Assembly (NCBI GenBank): GCA_026014875.1
Contig: JAOZHO010000017.1
Coordinates: 11,611-75,610, forward strand
Length of the DNA stretch: 64,000 nt
Source of the DNA: Candidatus Bathyarchaeota archaeon
GTDB taxonomy: Archaea > Thermoproteota > Bathyarchaeia > TCS64
Reading direction: 5' to 3'
Positions 45,638 to 55,693 of this stretch are shown here, piece after piece. Made by a program: the position numbers and the translations under genes. Every line of letters begins with the position of its first letter. Position 1 is the first letter of the stretch. The notes beneath the pieces were generated by a model that saw nothing but the letters and a program-made list of their open reading frames with translations, ran no database searches and was not told the DNA's origin.

Positions 45638-45883
45638 ATGAGTGACGTAACATTCAACCTGCAACCAGTAGATGAAAAACCCACAAGGAAATACCGGAAG
45701 GGCAGCAAGTACGACCCCCTCCTCGACGCCTTCATGTCCGGCCCCAACGACCTGGTCTCCGTCAACGTGGCGGGGAAAGACGCCAACTACCTCAGGACCC
45801 AGCTCAACAAGAGGATAGACGCCAGAAACCTCCCCAGCGTCAAAGTCTCCGTCGTCAACAACGTCTGCTACCTGGAGAAATAG
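45638..45883 (+). CDS. hypothetical small basic protein (81 aa)
   Basis: Preceded by a strongly AT-rich 500-bp region and followed by a T-rich terminator-like run (ccccttttttctc). Confidence 0.4.
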   Translation: MSDVTFNLQPVDEKPTRKYRKGSKYDPLLDAFMSGPNDLVSVNVAGKDANYLRTQLNKRIDARNLPSVKVSVVNNVCYLEK

Positions 45884-45997
45884 TAGACCCCAGCCCCCAA
45901 TATACCCCTTTTTTCTCTTAAAACCATAAAACCAGGTTTAACCCCGGGACCCCTTATCCTATGCTACCACCCATAACGAAACACTTCATGGAGAGAA

Positions 45998-46083
45998 TGG
46001 CGCCGCGGAAGGGATTCGAACCCTTGAGGCACAAAGGCCACTGGTTTTCGAGACCAGCACGATAACCACTCTGTCACCACGGC
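45998..46083 (-). tRNA. tRNA-Ser (anticodon CGA), long variable arm, CCA encoded
   Basis: Minus-strand reading GCCGTGG...CTGGT-CTCGAAA-ACCAG...variable arm...AGGGTTCGAATCCCTT-CCGCGGC-G-CCA. The acceptor pairs 7/7 with one G·U. The 86-nt length fits class II tRNA. Confidence 0.8.
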
Positions 46084-46104
46084 CTAATGAAAACAGGCGT
46101 ACAA

Positions 46105-46118
46105 CCCTATTTACTTTT
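46105..46118 (-). promoter_or_regulatory. putative BRE/TATA (AAAAGTAAATAGG on minus strand) about 28 bp upstream of tRNA-Ser 5' end
   Basis: Sequence inspection only. Confidence 0.3.
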
Positions 46119-46775
46119 CGAGTTGAAGCTGCGGACCCCGTCCCAGCCATCCCGAGCCTTCAAACCTAGGACCTCCAAGGCCTCCCTCGCCGAACCGAAC
46201 TTCCTCCGCCGCCCCGTCGTCTCCCTCACCAGGTACTCCGCCGCCCGCAGAGACTTGCGGCTGAACTCCGAATCCGCGAGATCCGCAATGCTCACGATCA
46301 GCGCCTCCAGAGTCTTCGGCCGGGTAGGGCTCTGATCCCCGTGGTGAGAAGCGGCGACGTGGACCACATCCAAGGGAAAACCCCGCTTCAGGAGCTCCGA
46401 GACCAGCAGAGTCAGGTGATCCACCCGCTCCCCCAGGGGCGAGGTCCTGAAAAAAACCCCGCCCACACTCGAATACGCATAGCGCTTCATCACGTCGTGG
46501 ACCAGGGCCCCCGCCAACACGACATCCCGATCCACCTCCCCACCGTAGACCCTCTCCACTAGATCGCACATAGTCACGCAGATGTGAACCATCGCAACGG
46601 TGTGCTCCAAGAGCCCCCCCTCGTAGGCGTGGTGAACATATGCGCCCCCAGGAGCCTCGTCGAACCCCAGCATCGGCCCCCCTAGCTCGATCCCGGGGTC
46701 CTCCAGGAGGGATCTGACCTTCTCCCGGAGCCCTTCGTCGCCGATCATCCCCACGAGCCTGTGAAGCTCGTCCAT
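46107..46775 (-). CDS. HD-domain phosphohydrolase
   Basis: H...HD...H...D motif (VHHAYEGGLLEHTVAMV, ALVHDVMK, ASHHG). Start trimmed to MDELHRL. Confidence 0.75.
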   Translation of the reverse strand: MDELHRLVGMIGDEGLREKVRSLLEDPGIELGGPMLGFDEAPGGAYVHHAYEGGLLEHTVAMVHICVTMCDLVERVYGGEVDRDVVLAGALVHDVMKRYAYSSVGGVFFRTSPLGERVDHLTLLVSELLKRGFPLDVVHVAASHHGDQSPTRPKTLEALIVSIADLADSEFSRKSLRAAEYLVRETTGRRRKFGSAREALEVLGLKARDGWDGVRSFNSKSK

Positions 46776-46953
46776 CAGATGGAGCTCGCCCTTCACTTGA
46801 ATCCCAAATATGAGAATCTGAACACACATAAAACTTACTCAAAGAACGGGATTATCTCCCAGCCCCCGCCACCCCACAAGTAAATCGCTGAAAATGACGC
46901 CGAGGAGATACATCTCGTAAAGAAACGAAGAAGGCTATCGAAACAGGGGATTC

Positions 46954-47397
46954 CTACATCTCCCTGAGCTTCGCCTTGACTTTAACATAAGCCTCTTCGG
47001 GATCCGAGACGCCCTGAACCAGCCTCTCGAAAGGGCAGAAGATGACCCCATCCTCCGTCTTGATGGCATCGGTCTCCTCCCGGAACTGGAAAACGATCCC
47101 ATACTTTTGCAGCATGTCCCTGGCCCCCGTGGTGATGAGCATTGCGTGGACCTCGCTGACCCCCAGGTGGATGTTCAGCAGGACCGCGGCCCTTCCCACG
47201 ATGCGGTCGGCGGTGACGAGCTCTCCGAGGCCCTCCCTGTCCAAGCAGTCGATGGCCTCGATGAGAGGTATAATCCCCCTGCTCCCGCTTGAGAACACGG
47301 TCTCTCCCCCGCTGAAAACGAGGAGGTTCAACCCGGACTCTTCGAGAATGTCCAAGTAACGGCTCGAGCTCATCCCGAGGATGGACAACACCATCAC
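46954..47397 (-). CDS. hypothetical protein (DUF1893/TM1506-like?)
   Basis: 147-aa ORF. Family assignment is tentative. Confidence 0.4.
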   Translation of the reverse strand: MMVLSILGMSSSRYLDILEESGLNLLVFSGGETVFSSGSRGIIPLIEAIDCLDREGLGELVTADRIVGRAAVLLNIHLGVSEVHAMLITTGARDMLQKYGIVFQFREETDAIKTEDGVIFCPFERLVQGVSDPEEAYVKVKAKLREM

Positions 47398-47469
47398 ATT
47401 TACCTCTTGCGCTTCCTAGGTCCCCCTGCAAGGGAAAGAGAAATATTCGGGGAATCCAAGAACCCCCCC

Positions 47470-47877
47470 ATGCACGAGTGGGCGCTTGCGGAGGGCGTTA
47501 TCCAGACGGCCTCGGGAATAGCCGAGGAGCAGGGTCTCGAGAAGATCACGGAGATCGTCGTCCGGATCGGGGAGCTCCAGCAGATTGAGCACGATATCCT
47601 GCAATTCGCCTTGGAGCAGCTCAGGACCCCCCTGATGACGGACGCCAAATTCACCCTGGAGACCGTCCCGGGGAAATTAAAGTGCAGGATCTGCGGCGAG
47701 GAATGGACGTTCAACCCGAAGGGCGTCGGGGAGGAAGAGTCCGAGGCAATCCACTTCATCCCCGAGGTCGCCCACGTCTACATCAGCTGCCCCAGCTGCG
47801 ACAGCCCCGACTTCCAGATCCTCGAGGGCCGAGGAGTCCTCCTCGCATCCATCACGGGCGTGAAACCCGATGATTGA
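47470..47877 (+). CDS. hypA: hydrogenase nickel-insertion metallochaperone HypA
   Basis: MHEWALAEGV N-terminus (Ni-binding MHE) and a zinc site CRICG...CPSCD. Confidence 0.8.
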   Translation: MHEWALAEGVIQTASGIAEEQGLEKITEIVVRIGELQQIEHDILQFALEQLRTPLMTDAKFTLETVPGKLKCRICGEEWTFNPKGVGEEESEAIHFIPEVAHVYISCPSCDSPDFQILEGRGVLLASITGVKPDD

Positions 47878-48595
47878 CCCCCGCCCCGGCCTTATCAGCC
47901 GCCGCCTCGAGGGAGTGGATGAGATCATCGCCGTCTCCAGCGGGAAAGGGGGCGTCGGGAAGAGCATAGTGGCCTCCACCCTCGCCCTCCACCTCGCGGA
48001 GAAAGGCCACAGCGTGGGGCTCCTAGACCTGGACTTCACCAGCCCCGCTACCCACGTCATCCTCGGGATAGACGGCCTCTTCCCTGAGGAGGAGTACGGA
48101 ATCCTCCCCCCCGTCGCCCACGGCATCAAGTACATGTCCATCACTTTCTTCGCCCTCGACAAGCCCGCCCCCCTGAGGGGCGCCGACGTTTCCGACGCCA
48201 TCATTGAGCTCCTCGCCATTACCCGCTGGGGAGACCTCGACCGTCTCGTCATCGATTTGCCCCCGGGCCTCGGGGACGCAACCCTCGATGTCATCCGCTT
48301 CGTAGAGGGCATCCGCTTCCTCGTCGTGACCACACCCTCCAAGGTGGCCTATGAGACAGTCAGGAAGCAGCTTACCCTACTGAAGAGGCTCCGGGTCCCA
48401 GTCATCGGCGTCGTCGAGAACATGGCTAGGAAGCCCTCGGATTACGTGAGTCTCAATGTGGAAAACGACGGGGCCCTATATCTGGGGGCGATCGGCTACG
48501 ATGAGGGGCTCGAGGAGTCCATCGGGGACGAGGCGAGGCTCAAGGAGACCAAGTTCTACGCGGAAGCCTCGAAGCTCTACTCGACTATCAATTGA
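47870..48595 (+). CDS. Mrp/MinD-family P-loop ATPase (archaeal HypB-analog candidate)
   Basis: Deviant Walker A SSGKGGVGKS. Overlaps the hypA stop by 8 nt. Confidence 0.75.
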   Translation: MIDPRPGLISRRLEGVDEIIAVSSGKGGVGKSIVASTLALHLAEKGHSVGLLDLDFTSPATHVILGIDGLFPEEEYGILPPVAHGIKYMSITFFALDKPAPLRGADVSDAIIELLAITRWGDLDRLVIDLPPGLGDATLDVIRFVEGIRFLVVTTPSKVAYETVRKQLTLLKRLRVPVIGVVENMARKPSDYVSLNVENDGALYLGAIGYDEGLEESIGDEARLKETKFYAEASKLYSTIN

Positions 48596-48617
48596 AACCC
48601 GGCGCACGCGGAGGAAT

Positions 48618-49685
48618 CTATTCTATGGGCTTCGGGATGGGGACCCCCAGCTCCTCTGCCAGGGCCACGATGTCCCCCCATGTCTTGTCCTCGATGAAGA
48701 CGCCGTCCCGCAGCCGCTTCTCCTTGCTCCTCCTCTCGGGCTCCCCGGGGATCAGGATCTCCTCGAAGCCGGGGGCCGTGGGGGACTCTTTGACCTTCCT
48801 GAGAAGGTCGTCCACCTTACCCTTGAACCTGTCCAGATCGGTTATCTTCCCGATGTCGATGGCCATCATGAAGATCCCGTTGCCCCCATAGAAAGGCCTA
48901 GACCTGTACTCGTCGCTGTTGGAGGTCCCGGCCTCGGTGAGTATCCCGGTGAGGATCTCAACGAGGAGGGAGAGACCGAATCCCTTGTAGCCCGCGATGG
49001 CCCCGAGGGTCCTAAGCACCCCGCCTCGGGTGTACCAGCTGGGGTCCGTGGTGGGGTTCCCGTCGGGGTCCATGAAGATCCCCTCGGGGAGCTCCTCCCC
49101 CCGGGCCATGGCGACCATAACCTTCCCCCGGGCCCAGACAGAGGTGGCCATGTCCAGCACCATCGGAGGCTCCTCCCCGGTGGGAATCGCGAAGCACAGC
49201 GGATTAGTCCCCAGCTGCTTGGACTTGCCCCCGAAGGGGGCGACGTAGCTCGCGGAGTTCACCGACATTATCCCCAGCATGCCCTCGCGCATCGCCATCT
49301 CGGCGTAGACGTTGCACCGCCCCACGTGCATGCTGTTCCTCACCGTGACGAGGCCCACGACACCGTTCCTCGCCTTCTCGATGCAGACCCCCATCGCGTA
49401 CTTGGCCACCATCTGGCCAAGGTTCCACCCCCCATCGATGACAGCCGAGGTCGGGGTCTCCTCCACGATCCTGATCTCTGCCCCGGGCTTCACGGCCCCC
49501 ATCTTGATCCCCCGAGAGTAGATGGGAAGCCTAATCATCCCGTGGCTGTCGAACCCTGTCAGGTTTGCCTCGACGAGGAGGTCTGAGACGAGCTCGGCGT
49601 CTTCCACGGGGACGCCCAGCCCCGAGAAGATGGATGTCCCGATTGTTCTGAGCTGTTCTGCGCTGAAGGTTGGCATAAATTTCAC
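48618..49685 (-). CDS. Ldh_2 family dehydrogenase (malate/L-sulfolactate dehydrogenase type 2)
   Basis: GFDSHGMIRLP and NSMHVGR are the Ldh_2 signature. Confidence 0.8.
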   Translation of the reverse strand: MKFMPTFSAEQLRTIGTSIFSGLGVPVEDAELVSDLLVEANLTGFDSHGMIRLPIYSRGIKMGAVKPGAEIRIVEETPTSAVIDGGWNLGQMVAKYAMGVCIEKARNGVVGLVTVRNSMHVGRCNVYAEMAMREGMLGIMSVNSASYVAPFGGKSKQLGTNPLCFAIPTGEEPPMVLDMATSVWARGKVMVAMARGEELPEGIFMDPDGNPTTDPSWYTRGGVLRTLGAIAGYKGFGLSLLVEILTGILTEAGTSNSDEYRSRPFYGGNGIFMMAIDIGKITDLDRFKGKVDDLLRKVKESPTAPGFEEILIPGEPERRSKEKRLRDGVFIEDKTWGDIVALAEELGVPIPKPIE

Positions 49686-49758
49686 CAGTCCATGTTGAGA
49701 TACTCTCTTGGTTAATATCTTTTATTGGATGAAAAGGGGGGGAGAGGAGAATGTAAAT

Positions 49759-50922
49759 CTATTTACCGGTGATCTTTCCCGCATGATCCTCGATTGACTG
49801 GGCAATCTCCTCTAGAACCTCGACGGGTTTGATGAGGGGAATCCTCATGTGGCTCTCCCCCGTGACCCCGAAGGCGGTTCCGGGCCGGGCCAGAATCTTC
49901 TTCTCCTTGAGCAGCGACTCGCAGAACTCCTCTGAGCCCATGCCCAGTCCCCCGATGTTGGGAAACAGATAGAACGCTCCCTCTGGGTTGTGGCAGTTGA
50001 TGCCCTCGATCTCGGAGAGGCGGGGCACCATGAATCTGCGTCTCCTGTCGTACTCCTCCGCCATGGCTTTCACGGGTTCCCACGATCCCCGCATGGCCGC
50101 GACTCCCGCAATCTGGACGAAGGTGTTGGTCCTGTAGCCCAGGGGGATCTTCTGGATCCGGGATGTGAGGCTTTTGTCGGCGATGAGGTATCCGAGGCGC
50201 CATCCTGTCATGGCGAATGTCTTGGAAAAGCTGCTGCTGATGAGTGTCCTCTCCCTCATCCCCGGGAGGGAGGCGATGGTCATATGCTCTATCCCGTCCC
50301 AGACGAACTCGCAGTAGACCTCGTCGCTGAGGACGAGGAGGTCCTCATCTATCGCCACGTCGGCTATCCCCTTCAGCTCCTCCTTGGTGAAGACGGTCCC
50401 GGAGGGGTTGTTGGGATTGCAGAGGACTATCATCTTCGTCTTCCCTGTAACCCTCTCGTTCAACGCTTCGAGGTCGAGGCGGTAGCCCTCATCCTCGTCC
50501 AATGGGACCCCCACCTCCCTGGCGCCGATGTACTCGACGAGGTTGGAGTAGGACATGAAATAGGGCTCCAGGAGGACGACCTCTTCCCCGGGGTTCACGG
50601 TGCCCGCCATGGAGGAGAAGAGGGACACACCGCTCCCGGCTGTGACCGTGACATCCCCGACTTCCCAGTCGACGCCGTGTTTGCAGTGGTATTCAGCGAT
50701 GGCGCTCCGCAAAGCGAGGAGGCCGTGGGTAGGGGGGTAATGGGTTTTCCCCTCCGCAATCCCTTTCTGGAGGGCGTCCGTGATGTGGCCCGGAGTGTCA
50801 AAGTCGGGGTCTCCCCCGGCCAAGTTGATCACCCCGTTCATCCCCCTCGCCATCGCGACGACTCTTGCGTGTGATCGCGCCTTCATCGACGCGAGGCGCT
50901 TTTCGAAGAATCTTTCGGCCAT
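49759..50922 (-). CDS. pyridoxal-phosphate-dependent aminotransferase, class I (aspartate aminotransferase family)
   Basis: CNPNNPSGTV and SFSKTFAMTGWRLGY give a PLP-Lys context. Confidence 0.85.
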   Translation of the reverse strand: MAERFFEKRLASMKARSHARVVAMARGMNGVINLAGGDPDFDTPGHITDALQKGIAEGKTHYPPTHGLLALRSAIAEYHCKHGVDWEVGDVTVTAGSGVSLFSSMAGTVNPGEEVVLLEPYFMSYSNLVEYIGAREVGVPLDEDEGYRLDLEALNERVTGKTKMIVLCNPNNPSGTVFTKEELKGIADVAIDEDLLVLSDEVYCEFVWDGIEHMTIASLPGMRERTLISSSFSKTFAMTGWRLGYLIADKSLTSRIQKIPLGYRTNTFVQIAGVAAMRGSWEPVKAMAEEYDRRRRFMVPRLSEIEGINCHNPEGAFYLFPNIGGLGMGSEEFCESLLKEKKILARPGTAFGVTGESHMRIPLIKPVEVLEEIAQSIEDHAGKITGK

Positions 50923-50986
50923 GATATCTCACATCTATCTCGGGGGTCTCCTTAAAAGAGTGAACTTCCGATAGTCGGAGTTGACT

Positions 50987-52159
50987 CTACTCATCGATAT
51001 CCTCGACCATCAAGGAGACACCGAAGGCCACCGCTGAGATGACAGCGAAGAAATAGAACACGTAGTCCATGGAGTACTGGGCTGCCAGGAAACCGGCGAT
51101 GGCCGGGGCGAAGCTCCCGATGCCGTATTTGATAGAGAAGTTGACCCCGTAGGTGACCCCGACGGTGTCCCTATGACTCACGTCCCCTATGAGGGCGTTC
51201 ATCGGAGACTGGGTTATGAAGAAGCTGAACCCGAGAACAGCGACCATCAGGAACATCAGAGCGAGGTTCCCCGGGGCTACGGTGAGGGCCAGCAGGGAGA
51301 CGGTGAACAGCCCGAAGCCGAAGAGAAGAATCTTACGCCGACCCAGCTTGTCCGAGAGCTCCCCCCCGAGGATGTTCCCGAAGGCCCCGACGGTGTACTT
51401 GAAAGTGGAGAGCCCCCCGGCGATGAGGAGGCCAACCCCCTTCACCTCGTTGATGTAAACTAGGATGAACGCCGAGACCCCGTTCCAGAGGGCCCCGCTG
51501 CAGACCACGATGACCGAAACCAGAAGCAGGTTCCTCAGGTGATCCGTGGTGAACATCTTCCTCAGGGTCTCCAGGTAGCCAAGGCGTTTAACGGTGGGGT
51601 CGACCTGGACTGTCTCGTCTATGATGGTCGCCATGTCCACGACCGCCATCACGATCCCTAGTGCCCCCCAGGCCAGGAAGGCGCTCCGCCACCCCAGGTA
51701 AGATCCGATGGCCGTGGTGGTGAAGAATGAGATCGCCATCCCCATGTCGCCGCCGAGCCCCTGGATCCCCATGTAGCGGCCCCGCATCTCCTTGGACAGC
51801 AAGGCCATCGATGCGTACCCGGGGGGATGGAAGAGGCTCGCGCCTATCCCGAGGAGTATCAACGCGAGGGCCGTGATGGGGAGGGAGTGGGAGAGGCTCA
51901 CGAGGATTGCCGAGACTCCGCACAGAGCCATGGATGCCGATATCAGGAGTTTCTTGGAGACTCGGTCCGCGAGGAATCCCACGGGGAGCGACCCCCAGCC
52001 GTAGAATAGGAAGACGAGGGACGTCAGGAGTCCCAAGGTCCCATAATTGCCCAGCTCTCCCTTCAATAGGGGGATAAGTGCGGGGAGGAGCACGAGGTAG
52101 GCGTGCATGATTCCGTGGGAGCCGGCTATGGCGATGACGCTCACGTCTTCTTTCTTCAT
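50987..52159 (-). CDS. MFS transporter
   Basis: 390 aa with 12 hydrophobic segments. Confidence 0.8.
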   Translation of the reverse strand: MKKEDVSVIAIAGSHGIMHAYLVLLPALIPLLKGELGNYGTLGLLTSLVFLFYGWGSLPVGFLADRVSKKLLISASMALCGVSAILVSLSHSLPITALALILLGIGASLFHPPGYASMALLSKEMRGRYMGIQGLGGDMGMAISFFTTTAIGSYLGWRSAFLAWGALGIVMAVVDMATIIDETVQVDPTVKRLGYLETLRKMFTTDHLRNLLLVSVIVVCSGALWNGVSAFILVYINEVKGVGLLIAGGLSTFKYTVGAFGNILGGELSDKLGRRKILLFGFGLFTVSLLALTVAPGNLALMFLMVAVLGFSFFITQSPMNALIGDVSHRDTVGVTYGVNFSIKYGIGSFAPAIAGFLAAQYSMDYVFYFFAVISAVAFGVSLMVEDIDE

Positions 52160-52290
52160 CTAAACATGTCCCCCTGAATCCTATCTGGTGGTGCTTTCAT
52201 CGTATTTATCAGTACTTGAATGGATCCACTCCAAGTTGATCTCCATCGGTTGTTCTACAATTAATGAGACCAGAGCATGCGCTCCCGTCA

Positions 52291-53397
52291 TTATCTGATT
52301 CGGAAACGCCTCTGATAGTAGTACAGGGTTTGAAGAACCAAGAATTGGATGAAGGCGTTCGCCACTGTCGAAAACTGGTCAATATAGAACTGTATCAAGT
52401 TAATCCCCACTAGATAGATGAGCAGCCCAATTGAGCCCAACCCCAATCCTGCCTTTTCCTTGCCAAAAATCAAGAGGGCCGCACTAAGTAGCAAGATCAA
52501 CCCCACGATCCCCTCCATCCCTACTTGGACGGTCGCCCAGAACATTGACATGCTGGTTACCACCGGTAACTTCGCAAGCCTCTCTTGGAGCAGGTCCCTG
52601 AACGCCAATGGGTCGCCCCACACACCGAGATAGTAAACGAGTCGGAGCGACGCAGCCAACCCCATGAGCAACACGCCCACTATGATGAATACTCTGAGTC
52701 TACCTTGGCTCAGCCATCTCCCCTCAAAATCGGTGAACCGGTCGATGGCCCTATCGTAAAGGCTCGGTTCATCGGGGGCGATGTGGATGGCCTCCGAGTC
52801 GACGAACTCCAGGATCTGATCGGCTAGCAGTCCGAGATCGGTGTTCTGCGCCTTCTCTTTGATACGTTTCAGCCTCTCCCTGAGCTCGTCGTGCTCCTCT
52901 GGATCCATGTCGTGGTCTATCGCCTCCTCCAGCGACTCCAAGACTGCATAGAACTCAGTCCTCGTGTCTAACGGGGTCTCTTTGGTCACCCTGCTATAGA
53001 CCAAGACCGAGGTCAGGAAGAACGCGTAGATTATGGGGGCCGCGGCGGGGAAGAAGTAGTCATTGTTCTGGGTGATGAATTTCCCGACTTCGTCTATGAA
53101 CAGCCCAACCCCCACGCCGGATATCACGCTCGTCCACGTGTAGGCCCATCTGTTCGCGTATATGAGGGGGATTAGGCTGCTGATGTACAGGAGGACTCCC
53201 CCGTATAGGACGTGGGCTATATGGAGGGTCTCGTTCCCGAGCTGAGGGTAGCCAGTCAACTCCAGGAAAAATCTGGTGAATGTCACGGAGGCTGCGAAGC
53301 TGAGCAGGTTCAACTGGAGATATCTTTCAGCGCCTTTACGCCTCACGGGCTTGGAAACCCTGCTTATTATCTGGCTCAATCTAGATCCTGTGGACAT
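52291..53397 (-). CDS. polytopic membrane protein, hypothetical
   Basis: 368 aa with multiple hydrophobic helices and an acidic cytoplasmic loop (DHDMDPEEHDELRERLKRIKEK). Confidence 0.5.
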   Translation of the reverse strand: MSTGSRLSQIISRVSKPVRRKGAERYLQLNLLSFAASVTFTRFFLELTGYPQLGNETLHIAHVLYGGVLLYISSLIPLIYANRWAYTWTSVISGVGVGLFIDEVGKFITQNNDYFFPAAAPIIYAFFLTSVLVYSRVTKETPLDTRTEFYAVLESLEEAIDHDMDPEEHDELRERLKRIKEKAQNTDLGLLADQILEFVDSEAIHIAPDEPSLYDRAIDRFTDFEGRWLSQGRLRVFIIVGVLLMGLAASLRLVYYLGVWGDPLAFRDLLQERLAKLPVVTSMSMFWATVQVGMEGIVGLILLLSAALLIFGKEKAGLGLGSIGLLIYLVGINLIQFYIDQFSTVANAFIQFLVLQTLYYYQRRFRIR

Positions 53398-53608
53398 ATT
53401 TAGGAAAGGATTTTATTAAAGAACGCCCCGGAAAAGAATAATCCCCCAATCTCTCCAATAGTGAAACATACTCATTTCGCAAATTAGGATACTATAAAGA
53501 GAGGACCCTCAATTCTAATTCTCTCTAAAATGACCATGTTATGGTCGTCGCATACCGCTACAAACATTAAATTATTTAGCCTGCGCGATATATACAAGGT
53601 GATCCGAC

Positions 53609-53809
53609 GTGTCAACAGCCAAGCTGAAGAAACAGATACTTGTACACCTCGATGAGAAGCCCCTGAGCCTGAGCGAGGTGGCTGAAATGATGGAACTCAA
53701 GGAGAAGAGAACGTTCAAGCTCCTCAGGTCCCTATTCAGCAAAGACCAGATCAAGATGATCCGGGACGAGGACGGCATCAGGAAATACAAAAAAAACGCC
53801 AAGGCTTGA
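53609..53809 (+). CDS. small winged-helix-like protein (66 aa), hypothetical
   Basis: KLKKQILVHLDEKPLSLSEVAEMMEL resembles a wHTH recognition unit. Confidence 0.35.
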   Translation: MSTAKLKKQILVHLDEKPLSLSEVAEMMELKEKRTFKLLRSLFSKDQIKMIRDEDGIRKYKKNAKA

Positions 53810-53944
53810 ACCGGGATACTCGTTTGTTTATGGCCCCTTCGTCTTTAGGGTGAATTAATCCCAGAGCAAGTAAGGCGTCTTTCCGGAGAGACACTTTAAT
53901 AACAGAAATGAATACCTAACTGAAAGTCCAACGAAGGTATCGAA

Positions 53945-55012
53945 TTGGGAAAGATCAAGGTCGCAATAGCGGGACTAGGTAGCTGCGCCTCAGCCCTAAT
54001 ACAGGGCGTTGAGTACTACAAGGACCAGAAGGAGGGGGAGATCCCCGGCCTAATGCACGTCGACTTCGGCGGCTACTTCATCGAGGACATCGAGTTCGTC
54101 GCCGCCTTCGATGTGAACAGCAAAAAGATCGGCAGGGACATCTCGGAGGCCATCTTCGCGGAGCCCAATCTCTGCGCGAAATATGCCGAGGTCCCCGCCA
54201 CCGGGGTGAAGGTTCAGCCTGGCCCAGTCTCCGACGGCGTCGCCCCTCACATGCGGGAGCCCTTCTTCGTCGAGGGCCACGAGCCCGTCGACGTCGCGGA
54301 GATCCTCAGGGAGTCCGAGGCTGACATGCTCATCAACTACCTCCCGGTAGGCAGCGGCGAGGCCACCCAGATCTACGTCCAGTCGGCCCTCGACGCAAGG
54401 TGCGCCTTCGTCAACTGCATCCCCGCGTTCATCGCCTCAGTCCCCGAGTGGGCCGAGAAATTCGTGAACGCCGGCCTCCCCGTCGCAGGGGACGACATCA
54501 AGAGCCAGGTCGGGGCCACCATCCTCCACAGGGCTGTCGCGGAACTCTTTTCTGACCGTGGGGTTCACATCGATTCCACCTACCAGCTCAACATCGGGGG
54601 GAACACCGACTTCCTCAACATGACCGTGGAAAACCGCCTTCACACGAAGCGGGTGAGCAAGACCGAGGCCGTCACGAGCATAATACCCTACGAGGTCCCC
54701 ACCCGGATCGGGCCCAGCGACTATGTTCCCTTCCTTGAGGACCACAAGATCTGTTACATCAGGGTCAACGGTAAGGGCTTCGGGGATCTCCCCGTCACCT
54801 TGGACCTCAAGCTGGTGGTGAACGATTCACCCAACAGCGGCGGCGTGGTCATAGATGTCGTCCGGGCGGTGAAGCTTGCCCTCGACAGGGGCATATCTGG
54901 CCCCCTCACCAGCATCTCGTCCTACGCGTTCAAGCATCCCCCACTCCAGGTTAGCGACGACGTCGCGAAAAATCTGGTGGAAGACTTTATCCAGGGGAAA
55001 ATCGAGCGCTGA
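53945..55012 (+). CDS. myo-inositol-1-phosphate synthase (archaeal type)
   Basis: KVAIAGLGSCASALIQG is the NAD-binding N-terminus, and the downstream NIGGNTDF is characteristic of archaeal MIPS. Confidence 0.85.
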   Translation: MGKIKVAIAGLGSCASALIQGVEYYKDQKEGEIPGLMHVDFGGYFIEDIEFVAAFDVNSKKIGRDISEAIFAEPNLCAKYAEVPATGVKVQPGPVSDGVAPHMREPFFVEGHEPVDVAEILRESEADMLINYLPVGSGEATQIYVQSALDARCAFVNCIPAFIASVPEWAEKFVNAGLPVAGDDIKSQVGATILHRAVAELFSDRGVHIDSTYQLNIGGNTDFLNMTVENRLHTKRVSKTEAVTSIIPYEVPTRIGPSDYVPFLEDHKICYIRVNGKGFGDLPVTLDLKLVVNDSPNSGGVVIDVVRAVKLALDRGISGPLTSISSYAFKHPPLQVSDDVAKNLVEDFIQGKIER

Positions 55013-55063
55013 CATAGGCGACAGACCTGTCCCCCTTATCTTCTTAATGGTAGGCCGTAGGAA

Positions 55064-55333
55064 CTACTTTTTCATCTGCCCCGAGAACAACTCGGCGCCA
55101 ATAAGGCGCTCAGGATTCTTAATCCTCGTCCTGACGGCGGAGTATGGGCTATCCACGGGGCCGAAGACGTCGAAGACCACTCCCACCCTCTTCCCCTTGG
55201 AATCGGTCACCGTCTCCCCGATCTTGGCGTTCCGGCTAGATTCAAGGATCAGGTTCCCGCTGCTCCTGGAGATGTGCATCACCGTGCCGATCCGACTGCC
55301 CTTCCTCATGGGCCCCCGCTTGCGAGCAACCAA
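55064..55333 (-). CDS. gar1: H/ACA ribonucleoprotein complex subunit Gar1
   Basis: RIGTVMHISRSSGNLIL...GKRVGVVFDVFGPVDSPY is the Gar1 beta-barrel signature. Confidence 0.8.
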   Translation of the reverse strand: MVARKRGPMRKGSRIGTVMHISRSSGNLILESSRNAKIGETVTDSKGKRVGVVFDVFGPVDSPYSAVRTRIKNPERLIGAELFSGQMKK

Positions 55334-55375
55334 TTTTCAGAACACCTCTCTCTTTTCTCGAGTGGACGAACCCGT

Positions 55376-55666
55376 TTATCTCTTGGACCTGTTGGAGCGT
55401 ATCCGCGACGCGAGCTCAGCGGTGATGAGGGTTTTCGACTTTGCCTTGTCGACGATGATGGATCCGGTCCTGTCCCATGGCTTCTTCGAGAAGGCCGCCC
55501 CAGGTTTCAGCTCTGGGTTCAGCTCCAAGTCCTCGGCCGCCTTGTAGAGCTCGTCCACCTTGACCCCTCGGAGGGCAAGCCCCTTGGGGACTCTCCTACC
55601 TTTTCCTCGAGTGTTTTCGGACTCGAAGTAGGCTGGCCAGAAGACTAGTCTGCCTTTTGTTCTCAA
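55376..55666 (-). CDS. srp19: signal recognition particle protein SRP19
   Basis: LVFWPAYFESENTRGKGRRVPK is the SRP19 signature. Confidence 0.85.
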   Translation of the reverse strand: MRTKGRLVFWPAYFESENTRGKGRRVPKGLALRGVKVDELYKAAEDLELNPELKPGAAFSKKPWDRTGSIIVDKAKSKTLITAELASRIRSNRSKR

Positions 55667-55693
55667 CCGGGCCTCAACTCGTGAGGGATAGTG

